A stretch of DNA of 64,000 nucleotides, taken from positions 558,934 to 622,933 of the forward strand of contig JBFWNU010000004.1 in NCBI GenBank assembly GCA_050250895.1, given 5' to 3'. Every line of letters begins with the position of its first letter. Position 1 is the first letter of the stretch. The notes under the pieces are model-generated. The model was not told the DNA's origin. It was given only the letters and a program-made list of their open reading frames with translations, and searched no databases. Position numbers and translations under genes: made by a program. Positions 1-9,607 of the stretch are shown here, piece after piece. The stretch is from Vulcanimicrobiota bacterium. Lineage in GTDB: Bacteria; Vulcanimicrobiota; Xenobia; Xenobiales; JADMJV01.

Positions 1-1883
1 CTCTCGTCGGGGCGCAGGTGGCGGCGCAGATGCGAGATGGCGGCCGACAGGTTCTTACGGCCTTTGATGGCGTCTTTGGGCCAGAAGGCGTCGATCATCA
101 GGTCTTCGGGCACGGCCCGGTCGCCCTGGGCGGCCAGGAAGGCCAGCAAGAAAGACAGTTGCTTGCCGCGCCACTTGCCGTCGAGGCGTTCTTCGCCGTA
201 ATAGACCTCGAAGCCACCCATGCTGTAGATGCGCAACAGCGGCGCGCTGCCAGTGCCGGTGCGCTGGGCCAGGGCCTCGTTGGCGGCCTGCCGGACAGCC
301 GAGTCGGGGTCAGAGGTGAGCTGGCGCAGGCTGTCTTCGGCCATGTGACCACCAGCCCCGGCCAGAGCGCCCACGGCCGCTTTGCGGGCGGCGGCCGAGA
401 GTTCGCCCCGCAGGCTGCTCTGGAACTTGGTGGCACAATCGCGGGCCAACCGGGTCAGGGCGCGCTCGACCAGCGGGGTCGGGCTGTTGCCGTGCAATTC
501 GAGCAGGTGCGGGATCAGCCAGTCACCATTCTCGGCCATGTCGGTGAGATTTTCGGGTTGGAGCAACACATTGAGGGCCGCTTCGAGCTTGCTGGGGTCG
601 CCGGCTCCGAAGCGATGCAGAGCCAGCATGGTCAGGGCTTTGCCCGAGGGGATGCGCAGCTCGCCCAGCAGGCGGTCGGCCTGCTCGAGCAAAGTCACGC
701 CCTTGGCCTGCCCTACCCGGGCCAGCAAGAGGCCACCGCGCAGACCGGTCCAGCCGGCCGTGACCGGACCCATCAGCCGAGCCGCATCCAGGGCGCGATC
801 GACCGAATCGGCCAGACTCTGGGGCTCGCCGGCCAGGCGTGAAAGTCGGGCCATACCCAGGTGGGCCTCGACCGCCTCGCGGGAGGCTCCGGGTTCTTCG
901 ATGACGCGAGCGAAGGCCTGGCGGGCCCCGTCAAGCTGCAGAGCTTCTTCCAGGGCGCGGCCCAGCGAGAGCAACCCGCGCCGGCGCCGGCCGGACTCTG
1001 ACTCGGCGTCTTCTAAGGCTTTGACCTGGGCGGCGTCGACGTTCTGGCTGGCCGCTTCGACCCGGGCCCAGACATCAGGATCGAATTCACCCGGCTCTTC
1101 GATGCGATTCTCGAGCAGAGCCAGGGCCGCGGCCACGATGCGCGAGCCCACCGGAATGGCCTTCTCGGCCAGGCCATCGGGCTGGCCGTGGCCGTCCCAA
1201 CGCTCGCTCGAGTGGCGAACGATGCGGTCGATCTCGGGGCCCAAAGCCTGGCGGGGCCAGTCGTTGCCCAGAGTGCCGTAGCGCTCGATGCCGGTGGCCA
1301 GGCAGGCGGCGCGAATCTGATGGGCCGTCTCGTGGGGCAACGCCATGCCGCTGGCGGTCAGGGCGCACAGGTCGGCGGCCTCGGTCAGAGTGACGCCGGC
1401 CCCTTCGGGAAGCTCGAGTTGGATGCTGCCGTCGGCTACGGCGGCCAGGGTCTCGATAGCCCAGCGAGCCACCCGTTCGGCCGTCTGCTCGGTGGCTGAA
1501 ATCAGTTGAGCCTGGCGGCGCTTTTCGAGCAAAGCCTCGATGGCGTTGAGAAAATCGGACAGATCGAAGGGCTTCTTGAGATACTCGCCCACCCCCAGCC
1601 GAATGGCCCGAATCGAGTCGGCCTCGGTGGAATAGCCGGTCACCACCAGACTGCCGATATCGGGCTGATGCTGCTTCATCTGGGCCAGGGCGTCGAGACC
1701 GCTCATGCCCTCCATCCGGATGTCGGTGACCACCAGATCAAAGGGGGTTTCCATGGCCCGGCGCACGGCTTCTTCGCCGCGCCCGACCGCCTCGACGTGG
1801 TAGCCCTGTTCGGACACCAGCTCGGCCAGCATCTCGCGCAGCGAGACATCGTCTTCCAAAATCAGGATCCGGATCTGTTCCAC
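1..1883 (-). CDS. Response regulator: REC + helical region + SARP-type winged HTH; runs off the left end of the window
   Basis: Not in the ORF track. Hand translation from GTG 1883 gives MEQIRILILEDDVSLREML...DLVVTDIRMEGMSG...TGYSTEADSIRAIRLGVGEYLKKPF. The same frame at the window edge reads YSMGGFEV...DAFWP...GRKNLSAAISHLRRHLRPDE. Paralog of 48428-50803. Confidence 0.85.
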   Translation of the reverse strand, partial: MEQIRILILEDDVSLREMLAELVSEQGYHVEAVGRGEEAVRRAMETPFDLVVTDIRMEGMSGLDALAQMKQHQPDIGSLVVTGYSTEADSIRAIRLGVGEYLKKPFDLSDFLNAIEALLEKRRQAQLISATEQTAERVARWAIETLAAVADGSIQLELPEGAGVTLTEAADLCALTASGMALPHETAHQIRAACLATGIERYGTLGNDWPRQALGPEIDRIVRHSSERWDGHGQPDGLAEKAIPVGSRIVAAALALLENRIEEPGEFDPDVWARVEAASQNVDAAQVKALEDAESESGRRRRGLLSLGRALEEALQLDGARQAFARVIEEPGASREAVEAHLGMARLSRLAGEPQSLADSVDRALDAARLMGPVTAGWTGLRGGLLLARVGQAKGVTLLEQADRLLGELRIPSGKALTMLALHRFGAGDPSKLEAALNVLLQPENLTDMAENGDWLIPHLLELHGNSPTPLVERALTRLARDCATKFQSSLRGELSAAARKAAVGALAGAGGHMAEDSLRQLTSDPDSAVRQAANEALAQRTGTGSAPLLRIYSMGGFEVYYGEERLDGKWRGKQLSFLLAFLAAQGDRAVPEDLMIDAFWPKDAIKGRKNLSAAISHLRRHLRPDE

Positions 1884-2035
1884 GGCGCTAGCATTTGACG
1901 GGGGTAGGGCTCCTCCCTGTGAAGCCGTTCACAATGTGGTCGAGCCCACCGAACAGCCTTGACGGATGTCGTAAAATGAAATTGTTCGAAGGTCGCAGCG
2001 CGACAATCGGACGCGGGCAAAACAAGCGTGGTTTA

Positions 2036-2066
2036 GAAGAGGGCACCGTCCCTCTTCCTTTTTTTT
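2036..2066 (+). terminator. Intrinsic terminator or attenuator hairpin directly before the APH(6)-like gene
   Basis: GAAGAGGG-caccgt-CCCTCTTC followed by c and T8. Confidence 0.7.
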
Positions 2067-2861
2067 GTGCACGAATATCTCGACAAATGGCGGCTGACCA
2101 ATCCCCGGCCACTGGCAAAGACTGCGACCAGTCACCTCTTTCGGGTCGACTATCGGGGCGAGCCGGCCGTGTTGAAGTTGCTCACTCCCCTGGGGGTCAA
2201 AGACGAGAGCCTGGGAGCCCGCAGCCTGGCCGTCTGGAACGGGGACGGATCGGTGCGGCTACTGGCGGCCGACGAGAAGGCGCACCTGCTGGAGTGGGTC
2301 GAGGGCGAACCGCTCAGCAGCCTGGTCGCGGCTGGGCAGGATGAGAAGGCCACCGAGATCCTGGGTGAGGTGGTGGCCAGGCTCCACGCCTATCAGGGCC
2401 AGCTGCCATCTGGCCTGACGCCTCTCGAGGAGTATTTTCGCAGTCTCTTTCGGCAAGCCGACCGTGACCCCGATCTGGTCGCCGGAGCGGCCGTCGCCGA
2501 AGAGTTGCTAGCTAGCGGCGGGCGGGTTTACCTGCTTCACGGTGATCTCCACCACGACAACATCCTGCACCATCCTGGGCGAGGCTGGCTGGCCATCGAC
2601 CCCAAAGGGGTGGTGGGAGAACCGACCTTTGATCTAGCCTGCGCCCTGCTCAATCCTGTCTGGTTGCCAGACCTGGTCGAGGACCCGCGCCGACTGCGGG
2701 CGATGGCCGAAAGTCTTGGGCGACGCCTGGGTCTGGCCAGCGAGCGCATCCGCAAATTCGCCTTCGTTTACGCTTGCCTGTCGGTGTGTTGGAGCTGGGA
2801 AGACGGCGACGACCCCGAACCTCGCCTGAGGATGGTGAGACGACTGAGCGAGCGAGCTTAG
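2067..2861 (+). CDS. Aminoglycoside phosphotransferase, APH(6)/hydroxyurea-resistance kinase family
   Basis: PAVLKL...W.GDG.VRLL...LLEW, LLHGDLHHDNIL and WLAIDPKGVVGE motifs. Confidence 0.85.
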   Translation: MHEYLDKWRLTNPRPLAKTATSHLFRVDYRGEPAVLKLLTPLGVKDESLGARSLAVWNGDGSVRLLAADEKAHLLEWVEGEPLSSLVAAGQDEKATEILGEVVARLHAYQGQLPSGLTPLEEYFRSLFRQADRDPDLVAGAAVAEELLASGGRVYLLHGDLHHDNILHHPGRGWLAIDPKGVVGEPTFDLACALLNPVWLPDLVEDPRRLRAMAESLGRRLGLASERIRKFAFVYACLSVCWSWEDGDDPEPRLRMVRRLSERA

Positions 2862-2865
2862 CCGC

Positions 2866-3444
2866 TCAGTCGGGGTTTTCGAGCAACTCGCGCAATCGCT
2901 CAGCCAAGCTCGGAATGAACTTCTCGCACCAGGTCATATCGATCAGTCCGACCTCGGCCAAATCGAGAAGGTGAACCTGATCTTTGCGACCGTAGGAGGT
3001 CAACTTCATGCGAACCAGCGCCTCGAGAGCCACCACGCAAAAATCACCATCCGATTTGACTTCATCCAACTCGGGAGTAGCCGTCGAGTAGTCAGGCTTC
3101 ACCTTTTCTCCGGCAAAAATGACAGGGACAGCCTCTCGGGCCCTGGCCTCAGGGCCATCCAAAAACATATCTAGACTGGCAGCGTGGCGATAGATAAAGC
3201 CGGCCGCCGCCATCACCGTCTTGGCTCGGTCGAGGTCGGCACGCCGAAGGAGAATGTCGACATCCTGAGTGTTTCGTACGGCGCTCTCATCGATGCGGGC
3301 AACCCAAGCCGCCACAGCGTTTCCCCCGGCAACCGCGTAGTCGATGCCGGCCTCTTCTAAAGCCGTGACGGCTCGAACCAGTCGCTGTTTGACCTTCTCC
3401 ACGGCTCTTGCCATCCTATCGAGCGAAATCGGGTGTAGTGTCAT
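2866..3444 (-). CDS. Putative nucleotidyltransferase family protein
   Basis: YAVAGGNAVAAW...RNTQDVDILL (GG...DxD motif); C-terminal KL..Y..KD..HL. Confidence 0.7.
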   Translation of the reverse strand: MTLHPISLDRMARAVEKVKQRLVRAVTALEEAGIDYAVAGGNAVAAWVARIDESAVRNTQDVDILLRRADLDRAKTVMAAAGFIYRHAASLDMFLDGPEARAREAVPVIFAGEKVKPDYSTATPELDEVKSDGDFCVVALEALVRMKLTSYGRKDQVHLLDLAEVGLIDMTWCEKFIPSLAERLRELLENPD

Positions 3445-3541
3445 CCGCCCGCATTATAGTTCCCAAGAGTGGGGACTCACAAGGCCCCGGGCAATTCACC
3501 CGACGCGAATGTTCCCGCCAACTATCCGAACGACAACGGGC

Positions 3542-5500
3542 TCAGGGGCCTTTCCGAGCACCCTTAAAGCCAAATAAGCGACCGGCCCGTTGGATAAGCG
3601 ACCCGCGAGGCTGTGCCAGGACCGCTCCGGCCTGGGGGTGTCCCAGAGCTCGAGCCTGCTCAAAGCTACGGCGGGCTTGCTCGGCGCGCTCCTGCTGGCT
3701 CAGTGCCTGGCCCAGGTTGAACCAGGCGGCCGCGTCCTCGGGGTCGAGGCGAGTGGCCTCTTCGAGGCTGGCAACGGCCTCGGCGAAGCGTCCTAGACAC
3801 AAGAGACTGGACCCCCGAACATAGTGGGCCAGGGCCGCCTGCGGGTCGAGTTCGAGGGCCCGGTCGAGCAACTGCAGGGCCTTCTCGTAGTCCTGGGCCA
3901 TCACCAGCATACGACCGGCGTTGAGCCAGGCCAACGCGAGCATCGGTTCGGCCTGCATGGCCCGGTCAAAACAGGGCGTGGCTCGGCTGGCCTCGCCCTG
4001 GGCTAGCAGAGCCTCGCCCAGATAGTTCCAGCCCGAGCCTGAAGTGGGGTCGAGAGTGACGCAGGTCTCGAAGGCCTCGGCTGCCGAGGCAAACTGTTGC
4101 ACCTGATAGAGCAGCATGCCACGAGAGAGAAACAGGCGGGCGTCGCGAGGCGCCAGCTGGACGGCTCGATTCGAGGCCGCCAGGGCCTCGTCGAGACGGC
4201 CTTGACCGGCCAGATACAGACAGAGATTCTGCCAGGCCAGCAGGTAGCGCGGATTGGCCTCGATGGCCTGACGAAGCAGTTGCTCGGCCGACGGGTCACC
4301 CAGCCGGGCGGTGGCCATGCCCATCAGATTGAGCAGGCGGGCGTCCGGTCGCAGGCCCCCGACCCTGCGATAGCACTCGAGGGCCTGGCGGGGATGGCCG
4401 GTCTTGTCCAGGAGATACCCCTTATTGATCCAGGCCTCAGATAAGTCGGGCGCTTGGGCGAGAGCCTTGTCGAGCAAACGGGACGCCTCGGGTACCAGAC
4501 CCATGTTGAGCAAGCAGGCTGCCTTGTTGGACAGGTCCACGGCCTCGGGCTCCATCGCCTCCGAGGGGGGTGGCGGGGTCATCTGCAAGGCTTGCATGGC
4601 GGCAACCAGGCGAGCCCGAACCTGACCAAAATCGGCCGGTCTCGCTTCGGGAGCTTTGGCCAGACAGGCCTGCACGAGTTCGTCGAGACCGGACCCAAAC
4701 TCGGGATTCAGGTGGGGAGCCGGGGTGCGAAAGTGATGAAAGGCGAATTCTTGCAGGTCGGTTCCCGGGAAGGGCAGGCGCCCGGTCAGCATCTCGTGGA
4801 GCATCACCCCGAAGGAATAGATGTCGGCTCGCACGTCGACCTGAGCGGCATCGACGAACTGTTCCGGGGCCATGTGGGTGTAGGTTCCCATCGCCTGGCC
4901 GGCCCCGGTGGCGTGGGGATTGCCCTGGGGGGGCGGAGCATCGACCCCGCGCGCCACCTCGACCAGCCAGGCCGCCATGGCCTGATCCTGGCGATGAGCG
5001 GCCAGCCCGGCTTCATCGAGCACTTTGGCCAGGCCGAAGTCGGTGATCTTCAGGCGCCCGTCCGAGGTCATCATGCAGTTGGCCGGCTTGATGTCGCGGT
5101 GGACCTTCAAGCCTCGGGAGGCGGCGTGCACCATCCCGTCGCAAAAGTCGAGCGCTAGCCTCAGAGCCAACTCGGTGGTCAGCCTGGGAGTGCCTATCCA
5201 GTGCAACAGATCACCCCCGTCGACAAACTCGAGGAAGAGAAATGGCCGGCCATTGACCAGCTCGAAGCGCTCGGCCGTCACGATATTCGGATGGCGCTCG
5301 AGACCGATCCAGGTGTGGGCCTCGCGACGAAAGGCGTCAAGAGCGTGTGAGCCGGGCAAAAGCTCGGCCAGGAAGGTCTTGGCGGCCAGGGGCACTCGGT
5401 CTTCGTGATCAAAGACCAGATACACGACCCCCAGCCCCCCGGCCAGAGCCCGAAAGACCTCGAAGCGGCCTGCCAGCAGGTCCCCCCTCTGAAGCGTCAT
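3542..5500 (-). CDS. Hanks-type Ser/Thr protein kinase with C-terminal TPR repeats
   Basis: HRDIKPAN, DFGLAK, GT..HMAPEQ and DIYSFG motifs, then multiple TPR motifs. Confidence 0.92.
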   Translation of the reverse strand: MTLQRGDLLAGRFEVFRALAGGLGVVYLVFDHEDRVPLAAKTFLAELLPGSHALDAFRREAHTWIGLERHPNIVTAERFELVNGRPFLFLEFVDGGDLLHWIGTPRLTTELALRLALDFCDGMVHAASRGLKVHRDIKPANCMMTSDGRLKITDFGLAKVLDEAGLAAHRQDQAMAAWLVEVARGVDAPPPQGNPHATGAGQAMGTYTHMAPEQFVDAAQVDVRADIYSFGVMLHEMLTGRLPFPGTDLQEFAFHHFRTPAPHLNPEFGSGLDELVQACLAKAPEARPADFGQVRARLVAAMQALQMTPPPPSEAMEPEAVDLSNKAACLLNMGLVPEASRLLDKALAQAPDLSEAWINKGYLLDKTGHPRQALECYRRVGGLRPDARLLNLMGMATARLGDPSAEQLLRQAIEANPRYLLAWQNLCLYLAGQGRLDEALAASNRAVQLAPRDARLFLSRGMLLYQVQQFASAAEAFETCVTLDPTSGSGWNYLGEALLAQGEASRATPCFDRAMQAEPMLALAWLNAGRMLVMAQDYEKALQLLDRALELDPQAALAHYVRGSSLLCLGRFAEAVASLEEATRLDPEDAAAWFNLGQALSQQERAEQARRSFEQARALGHPQAGAVLAQPRGSLIQRAGRLFGFKGARKGP

Positions 5501-5592
5501 CGACTGATTTTCGGTCCCTCGCCGAGCTTCGCCTTTTCTGAATTCCTTAAGGGTTCTGGCCTACTCTGCCAGCAGACACAAGAGGAACCGAA

Positions 5593-7815
5593 ATGAACAC
5601 CATCTCCCCCCTTCAAATCGGTTTCAACCATCGCCTCACCTCACTCACTCACACCGCCGCCGCCGGCCCGGTCGACCGCTTCCAAGCGAGCGCCGAGCCT
5701 GACTTTCTGCATCCCCGCAGCGTGGCCGTGGTGGGCGGAACCACCAAAGAGGGCAAGCCTGGCAACACCATTCTTACCAATCTGCTGAAGTCGTTCCAGG
5801 GCGAGACCCACATCGTCAATACCCGGGCCGCCGGCCAGCAAATGCTGGGCAAGCCGGTCTACGGCTCGGTCAAAGATATTCCCGATCAGGTCGACCTGGC
5901 CGTCATTACCGTGCCCGGTCAATATGTCCAGGGCGTCATCGAGGATTGCGCCGCCAAGGGCGTCAAGAACGCCATCGTCATCAGCGCCGGCTTTAGCGAG
6001 ACCCACGACATGGAAGCCCGAGCCGCGGCTCTCAAGAAAACGGCCGCAGACAACGGCATCCGGGTGATGGGTCCCAACTGTCTGGGTTTGATCAACACCG
6101 CCGTAGGCCTCAATGTGAGCTTTGCCTCGACCCCCGCCAACCCCGGCTCGATCGCCATGCTGAGCCAGTCGGGCGGGGTGATGATCTCGATGCTGGGCGC
6201 GGGACAGCAAAAGAATTTCGGCTTTAGCACCCTGGCCAGCCTGGGCAACAAGATGGACCTGCAAGAGTCCGACTTTCTCAAGCTGCTCGAGAGCGACGAC
6301 AACACCCGGGTGGTTTCGATCTACACCGAGGGCATCAAGGACGGCCGCCGCTTTCTCGAGACGGCTGCCCAGACTTCCAAGCGCATGCCTGTGCTGGTGC
6401 TCAAGGGCGGTCGCTCGGCCTCGGGAGCCCAGGCGGCAAGCTCACACACCGGCAGCCTGGCCGGTCAATCGGTGGTCTTTGATGCGGCCATGCGCAAAGC
6501 CGGGGTCATCCAGGTGCACGACGAAGAGCACATGGCCGATCTGGCCATGGCTTTCGCCGAGCAGCCGCTGCCAGCCGGACGCCGCCTGACCATCGTGACC
6601 AACGGCGGAGGCCCCGGCATCATCGCCACCGACAACGCCACCGAGAAGAACGGCCTGGAACTGTCCAAGCTCGACCCCTCCACCGGCGAACGGCTGCTGG
6701 CCAGCCTGCCCGACGAGGGCATCTCGGTCAAGAACCCCATCGACATCCGGGGCGACGCCGGAGCCGACCTTTACAAAGCCGCCCTGGAAGCAGCCCTGCA
6801 AGACCCCAACACCGACATGGCCATGGTCATCCTGGTGGCTGCCAGCGGCACCGCCGACGGTCCCGAGCAGGTGGCCAAAGCTATCGCCGACCTCTCGCAA
6901 AAGTATGACAAGCCGGTGGTGGCAAGCTTTATGGGTGGTCAGGTCACCGAACCGGCTCAGGCAGTGCTGCGGGCCAACCGCATCCCCGTCTATCCCACCC
7001 CCAGCCGCGGCACCCGGGCTCTGGGAGCCATGGCCGACTACGCCGAGACCAGGGCCAGCCACCAGGCCGAAGAAACCAGCTCGCTGCCTGCCCCCGACAA
7101 AGCGCGGGCCAAAGCCATTCTCGACGAGGCTCAAGCTCAGGGGCGCAAGATGCTGTCGGCTCAAGACTGTATCGATCTCTTCGAGGCTTATCAGATCCCC
7201 GTGGTCAAGTCACGCCTTTCGCAGGATGCCGACGCTTCGGTCAAAGCGGCGGACGAAATCGGCTATCCGGTGGTGATGAAGCTGGCCTCGCAAGACATCG
7301 TGCACAAGAAAGATGTGGGCGGAGTCATCCTCAATCTCAACAACGCCGACGAGGTGCGCCAGGCCCACGCCAAACTGCTGGAGAATCTCAAGACCCACCG
7401 CCCCGACGCCAAACTCGACGGCATTCAGGTGATGGAGCAGGCCAGCTTTGAAGGCGCCCGCGAGATTATCGCCGGGCTGGTCCACGACCCGACCTTTGGG
7501 GCCACCCTGATGACCGGTCTCGGCGGCACCTATGTCGAGGTGTTCAAAGACGTCAAGTTCGGAGTGGCTCCGGTCAGTCCCGGCGCAGCCGGCGAGATGC
7601 TCTCTTCGTTGCAGGCCTACAAGTTGCTCGAGGGAACCCGCGGCGAAGCCCCCTCGGACATCTCCGCTTTGACCCAGGTGCTGGCCAGAGTGTCTGAACT
7701 GGGTCACGACTTCCCTCAAATCAAAGAACTCGACATCAACCCCTTCCTGGTCTACCAGAAGGGCGTGCGAGCCGTGGATGGGCGGGTCACGCTGGCCTCG
7801 CCGGAAAGGGTTTAG
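5593..7815 (+). CDS. ADP-forming acetate/acyl-CoA synthetase (fused alpha-beta) with an N-terminal extension of about 35 aa
   Basis: P.SVAVVG, ISAGFSE, GPNCLG, SQSGG, SHTGSLAG, HKKDVGGV and ELDINP motifs; GAGGA RBS. Confidence 0.92.
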   Translation: MNTISPLQIGFNHRLTSLTHTAAAGPVDRFQASAEPDFLHPRSVAVVGGTTKEGKPGNTILTNLLKSFQGETHIVNTRAAGQQMLGKPVYGSVKDIPDQVDLAVITVPGQYVQGVIEDCAAKGVKNAIVISAGFSETHDMEARAAALKKTAADNGIRVMGPNCLGLINTAVGLNVSFASTPANPGSIAMLSQSGGVMISMLGAGQQKNFGFSTLASLGNKMDLQESDFLKLLESDDNTRVVSIYTEGIKDGRRFLETAAQTSKRMPVLVLKGGRSASGAQAASSHTGSLAGQSVVFDAAMRKAGVIQVHDEEHMADLAMAFAEQPLPAGRRLTIVTNGGGPGIIATDNATEKNGLELSKLDPSTGERLLASLPDEGISVKNPIDIRGDAGADLYKAALEAALQDPNTDMAMVILVAASGTADGPEQVAKAIADLSQKYDKPVVASFMGGQVTEPAQAVLRANRIPVYPTPSRGTRALGAMADYAETRASHQAEETSSLPAPDKARAKAILDEAQAQGRKMLSAQDCIDLFEAYQIPVVKSRLSQDADASVKAADEIGYPVVMKLASQDIVHKKDVGGVILNLNNADEVRQAHAKLLENLKTHRPDAKLDGIQVMEQASFEGAREIIAGLVHDPTFGATLMTGLGGTYVEVFKDVKFGVAPVSPGAAGEMLSSLQAYKLLEGTRGEAPSDISALTQVLARVSELGHDFPQIKELDINPFLVYQKGVRAVDGRVTLASPERV

Positions 7816-7824
7816 AAGCCTTTC

Positions 7825-9057
7825 ATGGAAGCACTCCGCATGCAGATCAACCCGGGGGGTTTGCCGGCCAGACGCGTGGTCTCTTCCATTCGCGAACAGC
7901 AGGACGCCGCCCACGCGGTGAGCCTCGACATTCTCGACCGCACCCCGGGTGACACCGTGGCTCTGGTCTCGCGCGAGTTACAAGCCCAGCGCTCCAACGC
8001 CCAGTACCAGGTTTGCATCGACAAGCTGCGAGCCACAGGACTGGCCGCTCTGGGCACGGCCACCACCGTGGCCCTGACCCAGGTGTCGGCTCCGGCCGCG
8101 CTGGTGGCGGGCGTGGTCAGCCTGATGGCTGTCGCTCATCAGGCTCAAAAGGCCATCACCGGCCAACATCAGGTGAGCGACCTGACCGACGCCAACGACC
8201 TGCTCTGGTCCCGCGCCGATGCGCAGATGGGTATCTCGAGCGTCGCCCAGAACGGCTGCACCCTCGACCCCTTTGTCGACAACTACGGCCCCTGGGCGGT
8301 GGTGACCGGCGCCTCGGCCGGTATTGGCAAGAGCTTCTGCGACCAGCTGGCGGCCAAAGGGATGAACCTGGTGATGGTGGCTCGCAACGCCGACAAGCTA
8401 AACATCGCGGCCGAAGAGATCCGAGCCGAGCACGGCGTCCAGGTGCGAGCGATTTCGGCCGACCTGGGCCAGGATGACTTCATGATGCCGATTCGTGAGG
8501 CCACCGGCGACATCCGGGTGGGCCTGCTCGTAAACAATGCGGGCATCCTCATTCCCGGCCCGGTCACCGAGGCCAGCTATGAATCTCAGCGCAAGATGAT
8601 GGACGTCAATCTGGGCGCTCCCCTGCAGCTTTGCCACGAGTTCGGCAGCAAGATGGCCGAGCGAGGACGCGGCGGCATCATCAACGTCTCGTCGATGGCC
8701 GCCTATCACGGGGTGGCCAACCAGACCACCTATTCGGCCACCAAGGCCGCCCTACTCAACCTTTCCGAGGGGATGACCAGCGAACTGCGCTCGCGGGGGG
8801 TCGATGTGATCGCCAGCACTCCCGGGCCCGTGGCCACCGACGCGGCCGTCGGCACCGACTTCAGCAAGATTCCCATCCCGGTCGTCGAGCCCGAACAGGT
8901 GGCCGCCGACGCCATCGACAAACTCGGTCAGAAGTCGGTCACCACGCCCGGCTTTCTAGCCAGTCTCTCGAAGACGGTCTCGGCGGCGCTGCTGCCGCGC
9001 GACGTCAACTCGGCCCTGGCCGGCTACTTCTATTCCAAAGCCTCCGGGCACGAGTAG
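7825..9057 (+). CDS. SDR oxidoreductase (17-beta-HSD/3-ketoacyl-CoA reductase-like) with a hydrophobic N-terminal extension of about 150 aa
   Basis: YGPWAVVTGASAGIG, NNAG and YSATK motifs; start could be ATG 7840. Confidence 0.85.
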   Translation: MEALRMQINPGGLPARRVVSSIREQQDAAHAVSLDILDRTPGDTVALVSRELQAQRSNAQYQVCIDKLRATGLAALGTATTVALTQVSAPAALVAGVVSLMAVAHQAQKAITGQHQVSDLTDANDLLWSRADAQMGISSVAQNGCTLDPFVDNYGPWAVVTGASAGIGKSFCDQLAAKGMNLVMVARNADKLNIAAEEIRAEHGVQVRAISADLGQDDFMMPIREATGDIRVGLLVNNAGILIPGPVTEASYESQRKMMDVNLGAPLQLCHEFGSKMAERGRGGIINVSSMAAYHGVANQTTYSATKAALLNLSEGMTSELRSRGVDVIASTPGPVATDAAVGTDFSKIPIPVVEPEQVAADAIDKLGQKSVTTPGFLASLSKTVSAALLPRDVNSALAGYFYSKASGHE

Positions 9058-9088
9058 GGATCTGGCCCCGGCTCACAAATCCTCCGGG

Positions 9089-9607
9089 ATGAAAAACACC
9101 ATTCTCAAGGCGATGAGCCTCTCCATTCTCCTCACTTCGCCGCTGGCCCTTGGTCTGCCGGCGTGGGCCGAGCCACCGGCCCCCAGGGCCGAAGTCAGAG
9201 CTGCCCTGGCCGACGACTTCTTCCAGGTGGCCCAACACAGCCAGCAAGACGAGTTCAACGCCTTCTTCCAGAGCCAGTATGACTACTGGGACGCCAAGAT
9301 CCTGGCCAAGTTCTGGGGACAGGACCTGGCCGAAACCAAGGCCCGGATGGGTCGCAAAATCCTGTGGGGGGGCGAGAACAAAGCGATGCTCGGCATGTTT
9401 CTGGCCGACGCCCGCGTCAAAGCCCTGGGCTCGGTCGAGAACCTCGAGCTCTATTCCGAATCGGGCTATAGTTACACCGACGCCGAGGCCCTGGCCAAGT
9501 ATTGGGGAGACGCCGACGCCTGGCAGGGCAAGCTGCGCATCGAGCGCAACCTGATTCTGGGCAACGACGATTGGCTCGCGACGATGATGGAAGCGGTCCG
9601 CCGCTAG
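9089..9607 (+). CDS. Secreted hypothetical protein with an internal duplication
   Basis: Signal peptide ending PAWA; repeats YDYWDAKILAKFWG and YSYTDAEALAKYWG. Confidence 0.7.
   Translation: MKNTILKAMSLSILLTSPLALGLPAWAEPPAPRAEVRAALADDFFQVAQHSQQDEFNAFFQSQYDYWDAKILAKFWGQDLAETKARMGRKILWGGENKAMLGMFLADARVKALGSVENLELYSESGYSYTDAEALAKYWGDADAWQGKLRIERNLILGNDDWLATMMEAVRR

Noticed and set aside
18-1898. Plus-strand ORFs 18-842, 382-1281, 1188-1499 and 1506-1898
   Set aside because: Antisense shadows of the minus-strand response regulator
1984-2035. c-di-GMP-I riboswitch, suggested by GGGCAAA
   Set aside because: The GAAA-tetraloop/receptor and second stem are not recognisable
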